Virus record (IMG/VR): IMGVR_UViG_3300040816_000831
From: a virus
Reading direction: 5' to 3' (one strand)
DNA: 64,000 nt
A program made the translations under genes and the position numbers. Below the pieces are notes generated by a model. That model worked only from the letters and a program-made list of their open reading frames with translations, was not told where the DNA came from and did no database searches. Shown here piece after piece: positions 1 to 9,816 of this stretch (its first letter is position 1; each line of letters begins with the position of its first letter).

Positions 1-3000
1 AGCTATAGCGGTAATATTTGTGGTTGCTTCAACATACTGATTTACTGCAGAAGTATTTGTAAATGCAATAATTGATAGCAAATCAGCCGAATCTGCAGCA
101 GTTGTTAATACAATACTTGAACCATTAGTTGCGGTATAATCTGCAGAGTCAGTAAGCAAAATACCATTCAAGTGTACTATTATATTATCTGCGGTATATG
201 ATAATGTCTCACCGTTTGTCGCTAATCCAGTAAAAGTTGTTTGTCCAGAATCAGCCGAAAATTCATAATCTTTTATTTGAACATCAACACCTTCGACATA
301 AGATGCGATTGAGATATAATCTCCACCAACAGCTGAAGTTGTTAAAGTAACTGTCGAACCATTATTTGCTGTATAGTCATTTGAATCTACGAGTAAAATA
401 CCATTTCTGTATACCTGAATATTACCAGCTTGATACGATAATGCATTACCATCTCTATCATTTCCGGAGATTGTTGTAGCACCGGAATCTGGTAGGTACT
501 CGTAAAAAGTAACCATAGTAGAAGATGTGCCGCCAACACTAGAGGCTTGTCTAGCCTGTACGTATGCGGAATCAATTAAGTTAATAATTGATGCTGAATC
601 TAATCCACCAGCATTTGCTTCTCTCAGTGCAACATAAGCCGAATCAACTGTAGAAGTAATCAATGCAATAACTGAAGCTGAATCAGTACCCGCGGACGTA
701 CGTGCAGTAATATAAGCTGAGTCAATAATTCCGGTTACGAATGCAGAATCAACGCCAGCCTCGGCAAAGGTTAAGTTTCCACTACCATCAGTTTTTAAAA
801 ATTGGTTAGCAGTACCATCGCTGGTTGGAAACTTGTATGCGTTGTTAAATGTAATAGCACCGCTATCGTTACCATCAATCTTAAATTGCACATCACCCAA
901 ATTACTGGCATCAACTGATGTACCGTCTGTGGTAACCGCAACCGTAAACTGTGTTTTATTAGCATCATTGGTGTTGTCAAAAGCAAACTGTCCACCAACA
1001 ATAAGTGCTGAACCATTATAGTATTCGTGGTTACTTCTAAATAGATAATCACCTGATTGTATAGCACTTGGTGAGGCAATTGTACCTCTGTATCTTCTTG
1101 TTCTTACATCTGGAGCGTCAGCACTATTGTTATACTGCTCCATACGAATTTGTGCTGTTTGAGCACCTTCGCCTGTCATATGTAATGTTACGTCAGGTGA
1201 GGATTGATTAATACCTAATCTATTATTGCTAGTATCAACTGCTAAAGTGCTATCGCTTACAATGCTAGAGCCATCTCCACCAACAACAAGTAATTCGTTA
1301 GCAGAACCTAATGTAATACCAGTAACACCATCTAGGTAGTTGAGTTCTGCTACTGTTGATGTTAGTGCAGTAGTCCCATCATTTAATGTTCCGTAAGTTA
1401 CTGTACCTGTTACATTAATGCCATGAGAAAAATCAAACTCTGAATTTGATTGATTCCAAAGAATAGTAGAATCTGTTGTACTATTAACAGCATCTTGTAT
1501 TGTAATACCAGCTCCATTGGCTGAACCTGATGTATCTCCACTTCCGTAATTAAGTGTAATATTTTTATCTTCTACATCTAAAGTTGCTGTATTTAAAGTT
1601 GTGGTTGTACCTTCAACAGTTAGGTTTCCAGTAATTGTAGCATTACCTGCAACACTAATATTTGTAGAAGTAATATCATCTGATGTTAATGTTCCATCAA
1701 CTTGTACATCATTAAATTGTACATCAGCTGATGTACCAACATCTTGTCCTATTGAAATAGTTCCTGTTGAATATGTAACACCTGTGCCACCACTTAAATG
1801 AGAATCAACTCTTGCAGTTGTAAAATATAAATTACCACTTTCTGGTACAATAGAAGTATTTAATGCAGCAGTTGATGCTTGATTACTTGCATTACCAATA
1901 AATATATCACCATCGTCTAAATTAGGTACTGCATTACTTCTTCCAGCACCCATAATAAATATGGACCCAGCTGAATTATCTGACCTTGTGACTTTTGCTA
2001 TTTTTTGTATTTTTGATGATTCACCTGTTGGTGCAGTAGATGTTAATGCACCTGCTGTGGTAGAAACAAATAATTCATCACCTTCTGAAAAACTTGATGT
2101 ATCTAATCCACTTAATCTACCAAATGTGTATATTGAAACTGACGCATTTAAACTTGCATCGGCAGCAACAACACCAAAGGCTGGCATTTTTGCAGAGTCA
2201 TCTGCATCTGCTTTAGAAACAACTGTTGTATTTCCAGAGATACCAGATATATAAACAACATCACCTTTTGATAAAGCTTCTCCAGCTTTTGCTTTAAATA
2301 GTGTTGCACCTCGCAAATCACCTTGTATATCTCCAGTAATAATTGCTTCACCAGCAACTGTTAAATCACCTGATATACTTAAATCTGCAGCATCTAATGT
2401 AGTAACATTTCTACTTCCAATAACTACTTCAATTGAAGCACCATTAGGAACATTTGCATCGAAGGTTAATGTTGTACCTGAAACTGTATATGTATCTTTT
2501 TCCTGATAAACACCATCGACAAATACGATTGTATTTTCTTCTGTATCTGGGTTTGTTGTAAGAGTATATGCTGCGGTTGAACCATTACCTGTAAATGTAT
2601 TAGTGACCATATCACCAGTACCAAGCACCTTAACAAAGGTTGATATTTGTAATATGTCACTTGTAGCTGCTCCATTAACTAATACAACAGAATTACCAGT
2701 TGTTGCAGTATAATCTGTTCCATTCTCTAATAGAACACCATTTAGGAATACTTGTAAATATCCTACAACATATGAAAGTGTTTGTGAATTATCGTCTGAA
2801 CCTGAGAAACTTGTTTGGTTATTTGTGGCCGTATAAACATATTCTTTATAAACTGCTGTTTGTTGTGTCCCAGAATCTCCACCAATTTCTACAATTGATT
2901 CTGTACCTGAAATATTTTTCTTAAGGAATAGTTTACCATCATAGGTGTTAATCGCTAACTCACCTAAGTCTAAATTACTTGTAGTTGGAATGGCCCCTGC

Positions 3001-3042
3001 TGTCGCAGAACGCCTAAGCTTTATGTTAGTATTTCGGGCCAA
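1..3042 (-). CDS. Tail fibre / virion structural protein, runs off the left edge (absent from ORF track)
   Basis: TTG start at 3042 behind AGGAGA; reads MARNTNIKLRRSATAGAIPTTSNLDLGELAINTYDGKLFLKK; same frame open in the segments I translated, including position 1; NG-[IV]-LL..DYTATNG repeats and DSA repeats. Confidence 0.85.
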   Translation of the reverse strand, partial: MARNTNIKLRRSATAGAIPTTSNLDLGELAINTYDGKLFLKKNISGTESIVEIGGDSGTQQTAVYKEYVYTATNNQTSFSGSDDNSQTLSYVVGYLQVFLNGVLLENGTDYTATTGNSVVLVNGAATSDILQISTFVKVLGTGDMVTNTFTGNGSTAAYTLTTNPDTEENTIVFVDGVYQEKDTYTVSGTTLTFDANVPNGASIEVVIGSRNVTTLDAADLSISGDLTVAGEAIITGDIQGDLRGATLFKAKAGEALSKGDVVYISGISGNTTVVSKADADDSAKMPAFGVVAADASLNASVSIYTFGRLSGLDTSSFSEGDELFVSTTAGALTSTAPTGESSKIQKIAKVTRSDNSAGSIFIMGAGRSNAVPNLDDGDIFIGNASNQASTAALNTSIVPESGNLYFTTARVDSHLSGGTGVTYSTGTISIGQDVGTSADVQFNDVQVDGTLTSDDITSTNISVAGNATITGNLTVEGTTTTLNTATLDVEDKNITLNYGSGDTSGSANGAGITIQDAVNSTTDSTILWNQSNSEFDFSHGINVTGTVTYGTLNDGTTALTSTVAELNYLDGVTGITLGSANELLVVGGDGSSIVSDSTLAVDTSNNRLGINQSSPDVTLHMTGEGAQTAQIRMEQYNNSADAPDVRTRRYRGTIASPSAIQSGDYLFRSNHEYYNGSALIVGGQFAFDNTNDANKTQFTVAVTTDGTSVDASNLGDVQFKIDGNDSGAITFNNAYKFPTSDGTANQFLKTDGSGNLTFAEAGVDSAFVTGIIDSAYITARTSAGTDSASVIALITSTVDSAYVALREANAGGLDSASIINLIDSAYVQARQASSVGGTSSTMVTFYEYLPDSGATTISGNDRDGNALSYQAGNIQVYRNGILLVDSNDYTANNGSTVTLTTSAVGGDYISIASYVEGVDVQIKDYEFSADSGQTTFTGLATNGETLSYTADNIIVHLNGILLTDSADYTATNGSSIVLTTAADSADLLSIIAFTNTSAVNQYVEATTNITAIA

Positions 3043-3120
3043 TTTTGGCTTCTCCTATTTTCAATCTCTATAAAGAGTTAATTTTAAATGTTCACCCTGT
3101 ATATACAGGAATTATAAAAC

Positions 3121-3128
3121 TATTTATA
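3121..3128 (-). promoter_or_regulatory. T4-type late promoter TATAAATA
   Basis: Exact TATAAATA upstream of the fibre gene. Confidence 0.75.
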
Positions 3129-4718
3129 TTAGTAGGTTCCGCCGTCTATAATATTAGAGAATGCTGGTACTCCACCACTATCTGCTTGTAATAAACTTCC
3201 ATCTGCAGATGAAGCAGCTGTTACGTCAAGAGCATTTGAGCCATCACCATATAATACACCATTATCTGTAAATGATGATACTCCAGTACCACCGTGAGCA
3301 ACTTCTAAATCATTTGTTAATGTGACGGTTCCTGTTACGCTTAAATTATCATCAACAGTAACTGTTCCACCAGCTGAATCAATTGTTAGATTACCAGATA
3401 CTGTATCAATTTCATTATCGCCAGTAATACCAATTTGTATATTACCTAAGTCAGCACCAGTACCATATATATTACCAAATTCTGCATCACTCCAAGGTGT
3501 TGAGAAATCGTCTGATGTTACTGTTTCGTCTTTTGTAAATACAAATCTTTGTGACTGAATATCAAAACCAAAGAAACCTGTTGCAACTGCTGAACCTGTT
3601 CCCCACTTAAATCTTACACCACGGTCAAGACCATCTGATGTATTTGAGGTTGTATTGTCAGCTAATGCAAGTACTGGGTCATCAATTGTAACTGTTGTTG
3701 ATTCAACTGTAGTAGTTGTACCTTGAACTGTTAAGTTACCAGCAATAACAACTGTATCTGATGTTGCGTTACCTAAGCTAACATTACCATTAACTTGTAA
3801 AGTACCATCAACAACTGTATTACCTGTAGCGCCTGCAACAGTAAAGTTGCCTGAGCCTACGTCTAAATCTGTTGTGACTGTTAAATCATTTCCAATTGTG
3901 ACATCATCTGGTAATGCAATGTTTAGAGTTACATCAGTACCTGATTTTGAAGATGTAGTAACAATTTCATTTGCTGTACCAGTAATTTGTAAATCATCTG
4001 TTAATAAATCAACATCACCTGTACCACTATCACCATCAACTGTTAAAGCAGTAGCAACTGCAACTGTAGAAGCAGCGGTTAATCTACCTTGTGCATCAAC
4101 TGTAAAGGTTGGAATTTGTGTTTGTGAACCGTATGAACCTGCTGTGACTGCAGTATTATCTAGGTTTAATGTTACTGTATTACTTGAGCCAACAGAAGTT
4201 AATCCTGTTCCACCAGCAATTGTTAATGTTTCTGAATCAAGGTCAATTGATAAAGCACCACCTGAATCAGCTTGGAAATCTAAATCTTGAGCCGTAACTT
4301 CAGCATCAATGTATGTCTTTAAAGCTGCAGCTGTAATAAGCTGTGCATTAGTAGGAGAACCTGGCATTGTTGTTTCAATACTTGTAACGACTTGTCCACT
4401 TCCACCTGATGTTTCTAATGCTAAATTTTCAATATTAAGTGTATCAATATGTAGATTATTATCTAATATTACTGCACTACTTGCTGTTGCTGTACCATGT
4501 GTATGGTCCAACATATCGGTAAAATACTTACCGCCTATTATTTCTTGTGCACTTGCTATTCCACCGGATTCTGAACCGGTACCAATATAAACTCTACCAC
4601 CGCCGTTGCTTACTGTACCACCGCCGTATGTATAGGCGATTTCACCTGTTTTTAGAAGATTGGATGGTGCACTTGTCCCACTACTCGTAAGATGTTTTAT
4701 TCTTGTTAAAGCTGCCAT
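3129..4718 (-). CDS. Tail fibre / virion structural protein
   Basis: 529 aa, G/T/S/D-rich; GEIAY N-terminus, IPTFTVDAQGRLTAAS, GNLTVQGTTTTV, C-terminal IDGGTY typical of marine myophage fibres. Confidence 0.8.
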   Translation of the reverse strand: MAALTRIKHLTSSGTSAPSNLLKTGEIAYTYGGGTVSNGGGRVYIGTGSESGGIASAQEIIGGKYFTDMLDHTHGTATASSAVILDNNLHIDTLNIENLALETSGGSGQVVTSIETTMPGSPTNAQLITAAALKTYIDAEVTAQDLDFQADSGGALSIDLDSETLTIAGGTGLTSVGSSNTVTLNLDNTAVTAGSYGSQTQIPTFTVDAQGRLTAASTVAVATALTVDGDSGTGDVDLLTDDLQITGTANEIVTTSSKSGTDVTLNIALPDDVTIGNDLTVTTDLDVGSGNFTVAGATGNTVVDGTLQVNGNVSLGNATSDTVVIAGNLTVQGTTTTVESTTVTIDDPVLALADNTTSNTSDGLDRGVRFKWGTGSAVATGFFGFDIQSQRFVFTKDETVTSDDFSTPWSDAEFGNIYGTGADLGNIQIGITGDNEIDTVSGNLTIDSAGGTVTVDDNLSVTGTVTLTNDLEVAHGGTGVSSFTDNGVLYGDGSNALDVTAASSADGSLLQADSGGVPAFSNIIDGGTY

Positions 4719-4721
4719 TTT

Positions 4722-4967
4722 TTAAAATACTCCTCCCGTAATTGTTAAATTCTCATTCTCAATAGTTGTTGTAGCGTCCCATTTTGTTGTAGAGCCATTA
4801 TATACTAAAACTGCTCCATCTGAGGTTCCTGCAGCATTAATGTCAGTTAAATCTGTTAATGCAACGTTACCTACCTTCAACGTTTGAGCTACAATTCTAT
4901 TTGGGTCGCCTTTAACTTTAGCAGAAATATTCGGGTTTTGATTTATTCTTCCTTTAAAAGTTGTCAT
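4722..4967 (-). CDS. Small fibre-associated structural protein
   Basis: LTDLTDIN..DGAVLVYNGSTTKW fibre motif, ITGGVF end. Confidence 0.65.
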   Translation of the reverse strand: MTTFKGRINQNPNISAKVKGDPNRIVAQTLKVGNVALTDLTDINAAGTSDGAVLVYNGSTTKWDATTTIENENLTITGGVF

Positions 4968-5302
4968 TACTGTGTAACTCCTGGTGTAATTTCTAATTGT
5001 CCTTCCAGAACTCTTGTCTTTGTACCGCCAGAGCTTGTGATTTCTACATCATAAACATATCTACCGGCTTTCATAGCATTAGTTTGGCTATTTGTTAAAC
5101 TAATATTTAATACTCCACTTGTAGATGGGTCCGCAACTGCAACTGCAAAATTTACAGCTGTTGTTGATGAATATGTTTTCCTAATTTGACCTGCACCAGT
5201 ATAACCAGTCAAATCAATATTATCTCCATCACTATCAGCTACGTCAATAGAAGCTGAGTAATCAGCTCCTTGGTCCACTACTATGTTAGAGTATACTGCC
5301 AT
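4967..5302 (-). CDS. Small virion protein (BppU-like Ig fold)
   Basis: NIVVDQGADY..DLTGY..GRYVYDVEI..RVLEG..PGVT pattern common in marine myophages; late promoter at 5321-5328. Confidence 0.7.
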   Translation of the reverse strand: MAVYSNIVVDQGADYSASIDVADSDGDNIDLTGYTGAGQIRKTYSSTTAVNFAVAVADPSTSGVLNISLTNSQTNAMKAGRYVYDVEITSSGGTKTRVLEGQLEITPGVTQ

Positions 5303-5309
5303 TTTTTCT

Positions 5310-8300
5310 CTATACCTTCTTATTTATACTTTTTAATTCTTCGACTTCAGCCTTTAATTCATTAATTGCATTTATTAATAATGGAACTAATTTTTCATAT
5401 TTAACTGCTTTATAGCCATCGTGTTCTCTTGTTTCGACAATTTCTGGTACTACCTTTTCAACTTCTTGAGCAATAACACCAACATCATGTCCTTCGTAAA
5501 CTTCTTGTTTATCATTCCAATCAAATTCATATCCTTTTAATTGTCCAACTTTTTCTAATGAATTTTTTATTGGAGTAATATTATCTTTTAATCTTTCATC
5601 TGATGAATAGAAAGCAACAACATCACCCGTACAACGTATTGTATTTGCAGTAGAGCCTGATGTCTGACCTACCATTAAACCTTCAAAGTGAACATTTGAA
5701 TTGTTATTCGTTGCTTGGTTTGATGAATATGTTGTATATCCAGGACCATTTGTAAATTGGTTTAAGTTTGAATATGTTGTATTAGTATCTGTTGATGAGA
5801 TATTAAATACTCCAGTTGATGGTTCAGTGATCGTTACATTTGAACCACTTTGTAAAGTAATATTACCTGTTCTATATGAACCTGAGTCTTCTCTTATTTG
5901 AGTGACTGTATTTGTATTAGTGACAGTTTCTGTAGCTGAAGTAATACCAGTAATGTGACCATGTGTATCAAGAGTAATATCTTGAATATAAGTTCTACCA
6001 CTATTATTTACAGATGCTTGTGAAGATGTATCAGCATGATTAATTGTAATTGTACCATTACTTGATTGGTCAGTTGTAAATGAACCGCCACCACTTAATG
6101 ATGTTCCAGCTGCTATACTTATTGTTGCGTTATTTGGATTTGTAGTATTTGTAGCTCCATCAGCAACATTTATAAAACTTCTAATTGCACCTGCAGTACC
6201 ATGCCTTATAAATCCATCATTACCAGTTTCTACACAAACTTTAGTTATACCTGAAGATACATCATTTGGACTAGTATTAAAGTAATTAGCATAAATATAT
6301 CCACCCGAAGTTCTTTGTACGATTGTACTATTACTTGCTGCACTTGATGAATTTAATGCGACAGTAAATGTATTATTACCAGTTTGGTTAGCTGTAAATG
6401 TTTGTGAACCACTTAAACCGCCACCAGAAGTATTCATTGTTAAAGTACCATTACCTAAAGTAAATGACCCTGTTGAAGCTGCTGTAACGTGACCATGAGT
6501 ATCGAATGTTAAATCTTGTACAAAGGTTGTACCACTTGCATTAATGTTTGAAACACTTGAAGTATCTGCGTGATTAAATGTTATTACATTATTTGTAGCA
6601 CTGTATCCTACAGTCATTGATGTACCAGCGGCAAAAGAAACAACTTCATTTTCTGAAATAAGTCCTCGTGCAGTTCCACCAACTGTTAAATTCCATCCAT
6701 CGTATGGGTCAACTGAACCAGATGCTAAACCTGTTATATGACCATGAGTATCAAGTGTAATATCTTGAATAAATGTATTACCACTATTATTAATAGATGC
6801 TTGTGAAGATGTATCTGAGTGATTAATTGTTAAAGTATCACCACTTACTGATGTATCAATAAATGTACCACCAGTAATTGTAAGTGTATCGTTATTATTA
6901 TCTGCAACAGCTGTACCTGAATCAGAAGCTACGTTTTTAAATATGTTTTGAGATGAACCTTTATCTGTATTTGTATACGTTACAGCATAACCTGCCACTA
7001 CTTCGCTAAGTCCGCTTCCTGCAGTAAATGTTAAATTATCGCCAGGACCAAAATCAACTCCTTCAACTTGAGGAGTTGAAAGTGTAGCACTAGAAAGAAT
7101 TAGTGAACCATCTGCTTCCCATCTATCAGTTGCATAGTTATATACAATTGAGTGAGCGCCTGTAACGCCAGAAGCAACGCCACTTGGACTTGTAATTGGT
7201 CCAACCTCTAAACCAAAACCGCCTGAACTTGGTTCTGAACTTAAATCATTACCTGCAAGAACTAATGTATCTTCTACTTCTAATGTTGAAGTATTTAAAA
7301 CTGTTTGTGTTCCATTAACAGTTAAATTACCGGTAATTGTAGTATTTCCTGCTATTGTAGCATTACCATTAACTGCAAAATTATTATCACCTGGGTCAGC
7401 TCCTGTTGTGCCAACTCTTAATCCAGCTGTTCTTGTATAATCTGTGACAACTAAGTTATTACCTATCGTAACATCATTTGGTAATCCAATTGTAACTGCT
7501 GCTGTTTCTGAACCAGAACCTGATACTTCAATTTCATTTGATGTACCAGCAATAGTTGCAATATAGTTTCCTGTTGTTTTTGTTCCTAGAGCAACTGAAT
7601 TATTATCCAATGAAGTATTAAATGTTGCATTAGATAAATTTGTAACTGTCACTGAACCTGATATAGGACCTGTTCCTAATGTAATTGTAAAATCATCTAC
7701 GTTAAAATCAAAGTTTTGATTTGTTCCATCCCAATCTACACTAATGCCAGCTTCAGCATTACTTTGTATTAAATCTTTTGCATTATAGAATGTGACAATA
7801 TCAGCTGTTCCTGTTGTACCATCGTCTTCCATTCCAACTACTTGCCATGCTCTTTCTGGTTTTGTAGAAACTAATGATTCATTCCATTGTACTTTAACAT
7901 CATGATTAGTCATTGTACCTGATGGTGTAATATAATCTCTGTCTACTTGAAGACCCATTGCTGAAACTTCACCATCAAGATTAAGGAATGCTGAACCAAA
8001 GTTAGCAACACCGCCTGCAGCTGATACTAATAATGTACCATCTGATATATCTAAAGTAGTACCTGGACCAAAATCAAAAGTTCCATTACTTCCTTCAACT
8101 CTATAATTTACATTACCTGTTAATGTTTGAATAATACTACCACTACTTGGATTACCAACAGCTCTTCCTAATTTATTTTCTGATAATTCTCTTATAGCTG
8201 CTGATATATTTGTTGCACTTAGTTCATCTAATGTAGTTGTTCCATGAGTAAATGTCATATTACCTATATCTGACTCATGTTCATTTATAGCTCCTGTATG

Positions 8301-9605
8301 AGTGCTTGCACTTGTTGTTAAAGTAGCACTTCCTAATTCAGTGTGTAATTGACTTAAGGCTCCAGTGATTGTATTATTGCCTGAAGCAATACTTGTAATA
8401 CTAACATTACCTATTTGTGTTTCATGTTCTGCAATTGCACCACTTACTGTTGAAGCTGATGTTCCCATTGCACCTGCAGTAATTGTACCTAATTCAGCAT
8501 CTAATTCATTAACAGCTGAAGTAAGTGTAGTACCTGTTGTTGTAAGAGAATTATTACCTTGCAATGCGTCTAATTCATTAATCGCATCTGTTAAGTCTGT
8601 AGCTGTTGTTGTAAGCGACATGTCACCAATATCAACTTCATGTTCATTAATTGAACCAACTAAATCGTTTGCAGTTGTATTTAATGTATAGTTACTAGTT
8701 GTACCTCTTACAGCTGTTTCTATTTCATTTAAAGCTCCAACAACATTTGATGTAACGTCTGTACCTAATGAAGTATGAGCACCTAATTCTGTTCTTAATT
8801 CTTCAATAGCATCTTGGAATCCAGTAGATGATAATCCACTAAAGACAACATTACCTGTTCCATATAAATCTGTTTCATGCTCATTAACTGCATTAGTTAA
8901 TATTTTAGCTCCAGTAGATAAATTTTCTACGATTCCAACATCATCTTGTAATTCATTAACTGCATCTACTAAACTTGTTGAATCAACTATAACAACATCA
9001 CTCGTACTAGCGCCAGTTATTAACTCTATTAATATACCATGACCAGCATCAATATCTGTTTTTGCTGAAATATTAGCAGCCGCCACTCTTTTATTTGCAT
9101 CAGTGTGTGGAATACCTACATTAGCAGAAGTTGAAAATGTACCTGTGAATGATTTGAATCTTAAAGTTGTATCATCAGCAGATAATAATGTTCCACTAAA
9201 TCCATTTGATTGCGTTAATACTGCGTTTTCTACAAATTCAGATGGTATAGTAGGCGAACCTGTTAACGTTACTTTTAAACTATAATTAGGAACTTTAAAA
9301 TTTGCAGCTTCTAATCCTTGAGTTAATGATACACCTTGTTTTGTTACTCTTACCGCTCCAACTCTATATGACTCTGCAACTCCAGTTGTTTTATCGATTG
9401 TTTGTTCAGGTAATACTTCAAAACGGCCACTTAGTTCAAAAAGCTTTTGACCAGACGTAGCAGTAAATGATTCTTTTTTATCTCCAATATTAGTGTGTAT
9501 AAGGTTATCATCACCAACATTTCTAATAGAAAGTTCATTACTTTTTTGTCTAAACTCTTCTAGAGTATTTGATTTTAGTGTTCTTACTTCGTCTCTAATT
9601 GCCAT
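5310..9605 (-). CDS. Long tail fibre with C-terminal intramolecular chaperone (peptidase S74-like)
   Basis: 1431 aa; A[IV]NE[LH] repeats, DTHGH repeats, C-terminal SSDERLKDNI..GVIAQEV..V.YEKLVPLLINAINEL; late promoter at 9736-9743. Confidence 0.88.
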   Translation of the reverse strand: MAIRDEVRTLKSNTLEEFRQKSNELSIRNVGDDNLIHTNIGDKKESFTATSGQKLFELSGRFEVLPEQTIDKTTGVAESYRVGAVRVTKQGVSLTQGLEAANFKVPNYSLKVTLTGSPTIPSEFVENAVLTQSNGFSGTLLSADDTTLRFKSFTGTFSTSANVGIPHTDANKRVAAANISAKTDIDAGHGILIELITGASTSDVVIVDSTSLVDAVNELQDDVGIVENLSTGAKILTNAVNEHETDLYGTGNVVFSGLSSTGFQDAIEELRTELGAHTSLGTDVTSNVVGALNEIETAVRGTTSNYTLNTTANDLVGSINEHEVDIGDMSLTTTATDLTDAINELDALQGNNSLTTTGTTLTSAVNELDAELGTITAGAMGTSASTVSGAIAEHETQIGNVSITSIASGNNTITGALSQLHTELGSATLTTSASTHTGAINEHESDIGNMTFTHGTTTLDELSATNISAAIRELSENKLGRAVGNPSSGSIIQTLTGNVNYRVEGSNGTFDFGPGTTLDISDGTLLVSAAGGVANFGSAFLNLDGEVSAMGLQVDRDYITPSGTMTNHDVKVQWNESLVSTKPERAWQVVGMEDDGTTGTADIVTFYNAKDLIQSNAEAGISVDWDGTNQNFDFNVDDFTITLGTGPISGSVTVTNLSNATFNTSLDNNSVALGTKTTGNYIATIAGTSNEIEVSGSGSETAAVTIGLPNDVTIGNNLVVTDYTRTAGLRVGTTGADPGDNNFAVNGNATIAGNTTITGNLTVNGTQTVLNTSTLEVEDTLVLAGNDLSSEPSSGGFGLEVGPITSPSGVASGVTGAHSIVYNYATDRWEADGSLILSSATLSTPQVEGVDFGPGDNLTFTAGSGLSEVVAGYAVTYTNTDKGSSQNIFKNVASDSGTAVADNNNDTLTITGGTFIDTSVSGDTLTINHSDTSSQASINNSGNTFIQDITLDTHGHITGLASGSVDPYDGWNLTVGGTARGLISENEVVSFAAGTSMTVGYSATNNVITFNHADTSSVSNINASGTTFVQDLTFDTHGHVTAASTGSFTLGNGTLTMNTSGGGLSGSQTFTANQTGNNTFTVALNSSSAASNSTIVQRTSGGYIYANYFNTSPNDVSSGITKVCVETGNDGFIRHGTAGAIRSFINVADGATNTTNPNNATISIAAGTSLSGGGSFTTDQSSNGTITINHADTSSQASVNNSGRTYIQDITLDTHGHITGITSATETVTNTNTVTQIREDSGSYRTGNITLQSGSNVTITEPSTGVFNISSTDTNTTYSNLNQFTNGPGYTTYSSNQATNNNSNVHFEGLMVGQTSGSTANTIRCTGDVVAFYSSDERLKDNITPIKNSLEKVGQLKGYEFDWNDKQEVYEGHDVGVIAQEVEKVVPEIVETREHDGYKAVKYEKLVPLLINAINELKAEVEELKSINKKV
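5940..6835 (-). repeat. Three ~35-aa internal repeats in the tail fibre
   Basis: NH[SA]DTSS..S.N.SG.T[FY][IV]QD[IL]T[LF]DTHGH[IV]T at about 6730-6830, 6480-6580 and 5940-6050, with DNA-level similarity. Confidence 0.85.
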
Positions 9606-9808
9606 TATTTACTACCTAATTTTTTTATAATCTTTTTAAGTTCTTCTATATCTGATTTCATTTGATTAAATTCAGATTCTTTTTGTTGTAGCTTTGCTTT
9701 TTGGTCGCGCCTATTTGCAAATGCTGTACTATTAGTATTTATAACAGCATGAGTAATAGTATCTTTTTCAAATCCTGGTAAATTTTCTACTTTTTTCTTT
9801 CTTGGCAT
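9605..9808 (-). CDS. Small hypothetical protein
   Basis: 67 aa, coiled-coil C-terminus, stop overlaps fibre start. Confidence 0.7.
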   Translation of the reverse strand: MPRKKKVENLPGFEKDTITHAVINTNSTAFANRRDQKAKLQQKESEFNQMKSDIEELKKIIKKLGSK

Positions 9809-9816
9809 AATCTATC

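Noticed and set aside
387-2924. Short ORF-track entries in 1-3 kb
   Set aside because: They are shadows of the single long minus-strand fibre gene that the track missed because it has no stop in the window
5310-9605. Fibre repeats as a diversity-generating retroelement or invertible cassette
   Set aside because: The repeats are in-frame protein repeats; no reverse transcriptase, invertase or adenine-specific mismatch pattern is visible
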